Source of the DNA: a virus
Lineage: Duplodnaviria > Caudoviricetes
Length of the DNA stretch: 63,998 nucleotides
IMG/VR virus record: IMGVR_UViG_3300035182_000918
Location: 1 to 63,998 of that record
Direction: 5' to 3' (one strand)
Shown here in pieces: positions 58,514-63,998 of this stretch. Both the position numbers and the translations under genes were made by a program. The notes beneath the pieces were generated by a model. It was not told the origin of the DNA and did not search any database. It worked only from the letters and a program-made list of their open reading frames with translations. The number at the start of each line of letters is the position of its first letter. Positions within the stretch are counted from its first letter, which is position 1.

Positions 58514-59356
58514 ATGATTTCAAAAGAATATACACTACAAAATATAGATAACAATTCAAATGGAATAACCTATAAAGGCTATACTGCAACAAATGGTGAA
58601 TGGTGTATTATAGCTGATGACGGAACAAATCAAAGGGCTGCTTATGGTCCTAAAAACTATTCAGCTGCTTGGGCAAACCGAGTGGGGTTTATGTATACAC
58701 AGGAAGCCCCAAAAAACTTGTTTATTAGTAATGCAGGTGCAAGCACGGGATTAGTAACTGTATTTGATAGTAGTTTACAAAAGTTGGTGCCTGCGGTTAC
58801 TGGAGTAGCGGTTAAGACAGGAAAAAATACACTTGATGATGGAAGTGGAAATGCTGATATTAGTGGAGGTATAGATTTTGGTAATTATGCTACGCTAAGC
58901 ACTGGTGGATTACCCATATTACAGCGTAACGGTAGTGATAATGGTATAAATATTATATGTTTAGCCGATATATGTCATTTTTATAATGCTGCACAAAGCA
59001 CAGTATTGATGAATTTAACAAGTAGTGGACTCACCCTTAATGTTGGAAATTTCCAATTAAGTGGAGCATTAAATTGTAACTTAATCACAACCCTTACTGG
59101 CACAACCGCAGGAAGCGTGAAGTGGTCGCAATATATGCAAGGACAATTCAAGGCTTTTGCAGCACAGTTTTTGAGCTATGAAAACAATACTACTACAAGT
59201 CAGACTATTACATTTCCAACATCGTTTGTAAACACACCAGTAGTAGTGACAAATACTACGGGATTAACAATTACAGTAACTACAACAACATTGACAATAG
59301 GTGCACCAAATAACACTACACTTTACAGTGGAATAGTAAAAGTAGAAGGTTTTTGA
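58514..59356 (+). CDS. Fibre/receptor-binding protein, alternative central domain
   Basis: N- and C-termini match 15924..17180; middle is unrelated. Confidence 0.7.
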   Translation: MISKEYTLQNIDNNSNGITYKGYTATNGEWCIIADDGTNQRAAYGPKNYSAAWANRVGFMYTQEAPKNLFISNAGASTGLVTVFDSSLQKLVPAVTGVAVKTGKNTLDDGSGNADISGGIDFGNYATLSTGGLPILQRNGSDNGINIICLADICHFYNAAQSTVLMNLTSSGLTLNVGNFQLSGALNCNLITTLTGTTAGSVKWSQYMQGQFKAFAAQFLSYENNTTTSQTITFPTSFVNTPVVVTNTTGLTITVTTTTLTIGAPNNTTLYSGIVKVEGF

Positions 59357-59390
59357 TGATTACATTAAGTAAAAATTTTTAGGAGGTCTT

Positions 59391-59705
59391 ATGTCAGCAA
59401 CAATCACAGTAACAAAATTAATTCAATACCCACCAATAAACCCAGATAAATGGATAGTGGGTTTTACAACAGATGTAGGAAACGGCAATAGTTTTTATCT
59501 TGAAACAAGTGTTGGTTTGACTTCAGCAAGCACAAGTCAAGAAGTGGTGGATATTGCATTAAATCAATTAGCAAATACTATTAATAACCAAATTGCAAGT
59601 ATGCAAACAGCTTCACCGTTACTTGGAAGCACGGTTAAATTACCAACAACATCAACAACTACTGAAACCACAACTGCTACAACAAGTAGCACACAAACCG
59701 TATAG
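59391..59705 (+). CDS. Homolog of 17196..17510
   Basis: Near-identical protein. Confidence 0.65.
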   Translation: MSATITVTKLIQYPPINPDKWIVGFTTDVGNGNSFYLETSVGLTSASTSQEVVDIALNQLANTINNQIASMQTASPLLGSTVKLPTTSTTTETTTATTSSTQTV

Positions 59706-59713
59706 GAGGAACA

Positions 59714-60223
59714 ATGGCAGGTTTACAGGATATTCTGAAAAGTGGCGGAGGTGGTGGAATGCCACCGCAAGGCGGTCAACCACCAATGGGTGGACCAGAT
59801 ATGGGCGGAGCACCACAATCTCCATTAGCAGGCAATCCCCTTGCGGCTGCGGGAGCAATAGGAACAGGTGGCTTACAGAAATTAGCAGCTGCAATAGTAG
59901 CGGCAATCATTAGGGTTTTGGATTTTATACTTCCAATTTTTGGAACGAATAGTAAAGAGGGCAACAAGATATTATCGGCTATTCGTGGGCTTCAAGAGGT
60001 AGCTGGAGATGCAAAAGCAACTGATGTAATGGCAGCTATTCAAACACTGGTATCAAGTCTACCAGCTAATATGCAAGGAGCAAATCCGTTATCGGGTATA
60101 ACAGGCATATTACAAGGTGGTGGACAAGGACAACCGCAAGGCGGACAAATGGGTGGAGCACCAGGAATGCCACCACAAGGTGGCGACATACAATCTTTAA
60201 TGCAATCACAAGGAGGAATGTAA
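59714..60223 (+). CDS. Homolog of 17519..18028
   Basis: Near-identical protein. Confidence 0.7.
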   Translation: MAGLQDILKSGGGGGMPPQGGQPPMGGPDMGGAPQSPLAGNPLAAAGAIGTGGLQKLAAAIVAAIIRVLDFILPIFGTNSKEGNKILSAIRGLQEVAGDAKATDVMAAIQTLVSSLPANMQGANPLSGITGILQGGGQGQPQGGQMGGAPGMPPQGGDIQSLMQSQGGM

Positions 60224-60224
60224 A

Positions 60225-60407
60225 ATGGCAAATGAAAAAGGCAACGAGCTGGCTTCGTTTAGCAAAATCAAAGTTAACCCAGAGAGACCGTATACCTCTC
60301 ACAACCCTCAATACAAAGACCCAAGCAGGGTTAGAGATGTAGACGAGTATGGTTGGAAACCAAACAAAAATTCTAAACCTTACTGGGGTGAAAAGAAAGA
60401 CGAGTAG
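60225..60407 (+). CDS. Homolog of 18030..18212
   Basis: Near-identical protein. Confidence 0.65.
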   Translation: MANEKGNELASFSKIKVNPERPYTSHNPQYKDPSRVRDVDEYGWKPNKNSKPYWGEKKDE

Positions 60408-60438
60408 GCATTTTGCCTACTCTATTTTGGAGGGTTAA

Positions 60439-60585
60439 ATGCCAATTCCAAAAAAGAGAAAAAAAGAAACCACAAGTGAATGGCGAAGCAGGATAGTGAA
60501 GAAAGAAATAGAAGCAGGTAAGCCACAAAAACAAGCCGTGGCGATAGCATATAGTATAACCAAGAAAAAGAAAAGGAGAAAGTAA
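60439..60585 (+). CDS. Small basic protein (homolog of 18248..18394)
   Basis: Same 48-aa protein with synonymous changes. Confidence 0.75.
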   Translation: MPIPKKRKKETTSEWRSRIVKKEIEAGKPQKQAVAIAYSITKKKKRRK

Positions 60586-61647
60586 ATGGCTATCACTGTT
60601 CCAAATACCATAAACAATATAACAAGTTCCCAAATAGTAACACAAAGTGGACAAGCTTGCGTTCCTGCTAATCTAATAGACGCTAACTTTCAAGCTTTAG
60701 CAAATCCTGTAAATCCCGTTATATCTGTTACTGGTAGTATATCTTTGTCAACAGCCAATAGCGGTAATATCTATGAGTTAAATGCCCCGACTGCTAATGC
60801 GACAATAACTCTTCCAACACCAACAAATGGGTTTAATGCTGTTTTTGTTGGTAACAATTCTTCAAGCTATACTTATACTTTTACAACTCCAAGTGGCAAC
60901 ATACTTTGGAACAATACTACAGGTGCAAGTGCAACACCAAACACCAAAAGCGGTATTTACTTTTTAGTATCAGATGGAACTAATTACATACTAAATTCTT
61001 ATAGTGATATTACAGGCGTTACATCTGGAACTTACGGTAGTAATACTCAAATACCACAAGTAATAGTTGATACAAAAGGTAGAATAACAAGTGCAACTGC
61101 ATTATCACTATTTACAGCACAGAATACTGCAGTATTTACTTCATCTGGCTCTTGGACTGTTCCACAAGGCGTAACCAAAATATTAGTAAGCGGTTGTGGG
61201 GGTGGTGCTGGTGGTGGGGGAAGTTATTATAGCAGCTCTTCAGATTATCGTGGTGGTAGTGGTGGTGGTGCTGGACAATCAACTATAAAACAATCTATAT
61301 CTGTAACACCAGGTCATTTATTAAGCATAACAATAGGAGCAGGTGGCGGTAGTGGTTCAGCTGGTGGTTCTACGACTATTGTAGATTCCACTTCTTCTAC
61401 TACTTTATTAACCTTAAGTGGTGGTTTAATAACCTATTCTTTTTCATTAGATTATACTCCTCATTATTTTTCTGGTTCTGGTGGTCCTGGTGAAAGTGGA
61501 CCTTTTGGACAAGGAGGTGGCTCCAGCAGCTCAACAACTGGTAATAATGCAACTGGTTATGGTTCTGGTGGAGCAGGTGCGGGTGGTTCTTCAGGTGCTT
61601 ATGCGGGTGGTAATGGTGCACCAGGCATTATAATTATAGAGTGGTAA
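60586..61647 (+). CDS. Tail fibre with variant glycine-rich tip
   Basis: Homolog of 18395..19444 with a diverged C-terminal domain. Confidence 0.8.
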   Translation: MAITVPNTINNITSSQIVTQSGQACVPANLIDANFQALANPVNPVISVTGSISLSTANSGNIYELNAPTANATITLPTPTNGFNAVFVGNNSSSYTYTFTTPSGNILWNNTTGASATPNTKSGIYFLVSDGTNYILNSYSDITGVTSGTYGSNTQIPQVIVDTKGRITSATALSLFTAQNTAVFTSSGSWTVPQGVTKILVSGCGGGAGGGGSYYSSSSDYRGGSGGGAGQSTIKQSISVTPGHLLSITIGAGGGSGSAGGSTTIVDSTSSTTLLTLSGGLITYSFSLDYTPHYFSGSGGPGESGPFGQGGGSSSSTTGNNATGYGSGGAGAGGSSGAYAGGNGAPGIIIIEW

Positions 61648-61663
61648 GTAAAGGAGAAATACA

Positions 61664-62266
61664 ATGAGAGTAGCTTGTTTAGATAGTAATAACAATATAA
61701 TTAACACAATTGAAGTAAAAGATTTAAACTCTATACCAGATTATATTGGAGTAGACAATAACAACAATCCAGTTCATAAAAATCAAGCAGTTAACTTTGT
61801 AGAAATACCAGATGTTATCCAACCTGACCCAAATAACACTTATGTTTGGCTTGATGAAAATGGTAATCTACAAACTCAATATATACCTACATTAGCACCA
61901 AAGAATGCATTAAAAGTAAACAATCACGGTCATTCTAATTTACCGCTTAATGTCCTAATAACTATTGACAACGGAACAATAATACAAAACACAGAACAAC
62001 AAATATTACAAAATTTACAAAAACAAAAGTTACAAAATCTTTCCATTTATGTTGCATCACTTTTACAACCAACAGATTATATAATTATAAAAATGGCTGA
62101 AGCACAATTAACAAATAATAATACACTACCAGCATTACAGGCTAAATATGCGAATCAATTACAGCAAAGGGCAAACATTAGAAAATGGAATGATGATACA
62201 GAGCAAGCAATAAATAATGCGACAGCCATAGAACAATTGCTTGCTATTAACATAGAGTATAAGTAA
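61664..62266 (+). CDS. Putative tail-fibre assembly chaperone (second occurrence)
   Basis: Homolog of 19455..20057. Confidence 0.55.
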   Translation: MRVACLDSNNNIINTIEVKDLNSIPDYIGVDNNNNPVHKNQAVNFVEIPDVIQPDPNNTYVWLDENGNLQTQYIPTLAPKNALKVNNHGHSNLPLNVLITIDNGTIIQNTEQQILQNLQKQKLQNLSIYVASLLQPTDYIIIKMAEAQLTNNNTLPALQAKYANQLQQRANIRKWNDDTEQAINNATAIEQLLAINIEYK

Positions 62267-62278
62267 AAGGAGGAAAAA

Positions 62279-62833
62279 ATGCAAATAACACAAGAAGAGT
62301 TAGATTTGTTAGACCCAGAAACCCAACAGAAGATACTTGCTATGACGCAGGAGTATGAACAGGCAACAAAGGTTAAAAATGAACTACAGGATTTTATGAA
62401 TAAGGTTTACTCTAATCCGCAGTTGAAACAGCAGTTTGAACAAGTAGTAAAACAAGTAGACCCAAATGTAGAACTTCCAAAAAGTCCTATTGAAAGTTAT
62501 ATTGACCCAATCAAACAAGAGTTTGAAGCTTTCAAACAAGAACAAGCAAGAAAGGAACTAAAAGCACGATTGGAAGCAAGAGCAAGACAACTTGGTATTA
62601 CACCAGAAGAGTATCCTAAAATAGATGAAATTATGGTTCAAAAGAAAATGCTTGATATGGAAACCGCTATGGAATACTATGCAGCGGTTAGGGACAGGAG
62701 TAGAGGGTTGACAACAAGTGTTGCTGATAATGATATATTGTCAAGTGTTAACAAACAGGCTGAAATATATGACCTAAACACAGCAAAACAAAAAGCACTT
62801 GAAAAAATTAGATACATACAAGGAGGATTTTAA
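62279..62833 (+). CDS. Putative scaffold (second occurrence)
   Basis: Homolog of 20072..20626. Confidence 0.55.
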   Translation: MQITQEELDLLDPETQQKILAMTQEYEQATKVKNELQDFMNKVYSNPQLKQQFEQVVKQVDPNVELPKSPIESYIDPIKQEFEAFKQEQARKELKARLEARARQLGITPEEYPKIDEIMVQKKMLDMETAMEYYAAVRDRSRGLTTSVADNDILSSVNKQAEIYDLNTAKQKALEKIRYIQGGF

Positions 62834-62835
62834 AA

Positions 62836-63126
62836 ATGGCTAACAAAGTCAATTTCGGGGTAACGGGCACAGGTGGGGATTATTTAGGTTCACCTATAAC
62901 ATTGAGTATTTCGGCAAGTTCAAGTCAGGTTATTACACAAAAAGGCTACTACTATGTATTGCCTGATACAAACGGCACACTACAAATGAATGTAAACAGC
63001 ACTTGGACAAATATGGCAACAGCGGGAAACGGTGGATTAATTTACAGCGATGGAGCAAGTTTTAGGGTATCAGCAAATGCTAGTGGAAGCACAACTAAAC
63101 TTGTTCAAGCATTATACTTACATTAA
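62836..63126 (+). CDS. Putative decoration protein (second occurrence)
   Basis: Homolog of 20629..20919. Confidence 0.45.
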   Translation: MANKVNFGVTGTGGDYLGSPITLSISASSSQVITQKGYYYVLPDTNGTLQMNVNSTWTNMATAGNGGLIYSDGASFRVSANASGSTTKLVQALYLH

Positions 63127-63141
63127 AAGGGGGAATAAAGA

Positions 63142-63998
63142 ATGGCAGGCATAACAACTACTACAGGCACAGGTCCTTTAATAGGACAGGGATTTTATCC
63201 TACTTCGGCGCAAAGCGCACAGAACTATATCAATGTAATGCTTCCAGAGATAATGCCGAGCGTTATCTATGAAGGCGTTAGGAAGGCACGACCAACATTA
63301 AGGTTGCTGCTTAAGAAAACACAGAAACCACTAAAAGGTGGTTGGGCTCCAATCAATCAACCAGTGTCATTTCAGACATTTGGTAACAACGGTAACTGGA
63401 CAGGTATGAGCGGTAGCTTCAATATCCCAACTATTTCCAACCCAATACAAAACTTACAGTTCTTACCATCACTGTATATCAACCCAATATCTTATCTCTT
63501 AACCGAAGAGGTAATGATGGAATCTCCAAATGCGGTAATAGATGTTGTTGCACAAAGGATTACAGACGCATATGAAACAATGTTTGATAACCTTAACTCA
63601 ACAATATTGGGAACAATGGGCACCAACTCGTTGCAAATGCAAGGGTTATATGATATCGTAGATAACGGAACAAACCAGTCATACTACGGTGGACTAACAA
63701 GAGCAAGCTATACATATCTGAACTCTAAAATATTCAGTTACTCTGCTGGTATATTCTCTTCAACACCAACGGCTTATCAGATAGTTCACAGATACTTGCT
63801 ATCGTTCTTAAACGATACTAACTACAGAATACCTGATGTAGGTATTACATCATTTGCGGTATTTTCTGCATTAACAGAGTCAATGGCAAGTATAGAAAGG
63901 GTTCAAGTTCAAGACCCAGCAAGAATAGCTGACAGCAGGGATTGGGCAGTTCAGGTAGTAAGCGTAGATGGTGTTCCAATTCTACCAGACCCAAGCAT
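63142..63998 (+). CDS. Major capsid protein, truncated by window end
   Basis: MAGITTTTGTG start; homolog of 20935..22002. Confidence 0.8.
   Translation, partial: MAGITTTTGTGPLIGQGFYPTSAQSAQNYINVMLPEIMPSVIYEGVRKARPTLRLLLKKTQKPLKGGWAPINQPVSFQTFGNNGNWTGMSGSFNIPTISNPIQNLQFLPSLYINPISYLLTEEVMMESPNAVIDVVAQRITDAYETMFDNLNSTILGTMGTNSLQMQGLYDIVDNGTNQSYYGGLTRASYTYLNSKIFSYSAGIFSSTPTAYQIVHRYLLSFLNDTNYRIPDVGITSFAVFSALTESMASIERVQVQDPARIADSRDWAVQVVSVDGVPILPDPS

Larger units (their letters stand above)
40352..63998. repeat. Diverged direct repeat of 1-~21790 (related phage genome copy)
   Basis: ORF-by-ORF homology (153->40504, 617->40968, 14056->56646, 20935->63142) with substitutions and gene indels. Confidence 0.95.

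Noticed and set aside
780-61621. Short antisense ORFs in the track (e.g. 780..968, 14148..14378, 28761..29015, 35404..35628)
   Set aside because: They are shadows of longer opposite-strand genes and lack RBS or motifs.
40352-63998. Simple circular-overlap assembly artefact or terminal redundancy
   Set aside because: The copies differ in substitutions and gene content, so they are not the same sequence read twice. A two-strain chimera remains possible.

Overview
The whole window is AT-rich tailed-phage DNA with no recognisable host genes. It holds about 1.5 head-to-tail copies of a ~40-43 kb podovirus-like genome. Positions 1-~21,790 recur at ~40,350-63,998, with offsets of 40,351 bp at the primase, 42,590 bp at the portal and 42,207 bp at the capsid. 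The copies are related but not identical: they differ by synonymous changes, whole-gene indels and swapped fibre domains. The minus arm has early promoter-gene-terminator cassettes, a beta-clamp-like gene, RuvC, an SSB-like gene, a Cas4-like nuclease, a primase-helicase, lysis genes, GroES and the terminase. The plus arm has the portal, fibres, scaffold, capsid, tail nozzle and ejection proteins with an SLT domain. I found no integrase or DNA polymerase. The most striking element is an 81-nt RNA gene (39909-39989, minus) with its own promoter. It looks like the complete alanylatable tRNA-like domain of tmRNA with the mRNA-like domain missing, i.e. a candidate phage mini-tmRNA or SmpB decoy. 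Other notable structures are two inverted hairpin-array elements bracketing the early region, gene indels bounded by Shine-Dalgarno repeats, and a copy-specific repeat segment at the arm switch. All functional calls come from reading motifs; no database searches were run.
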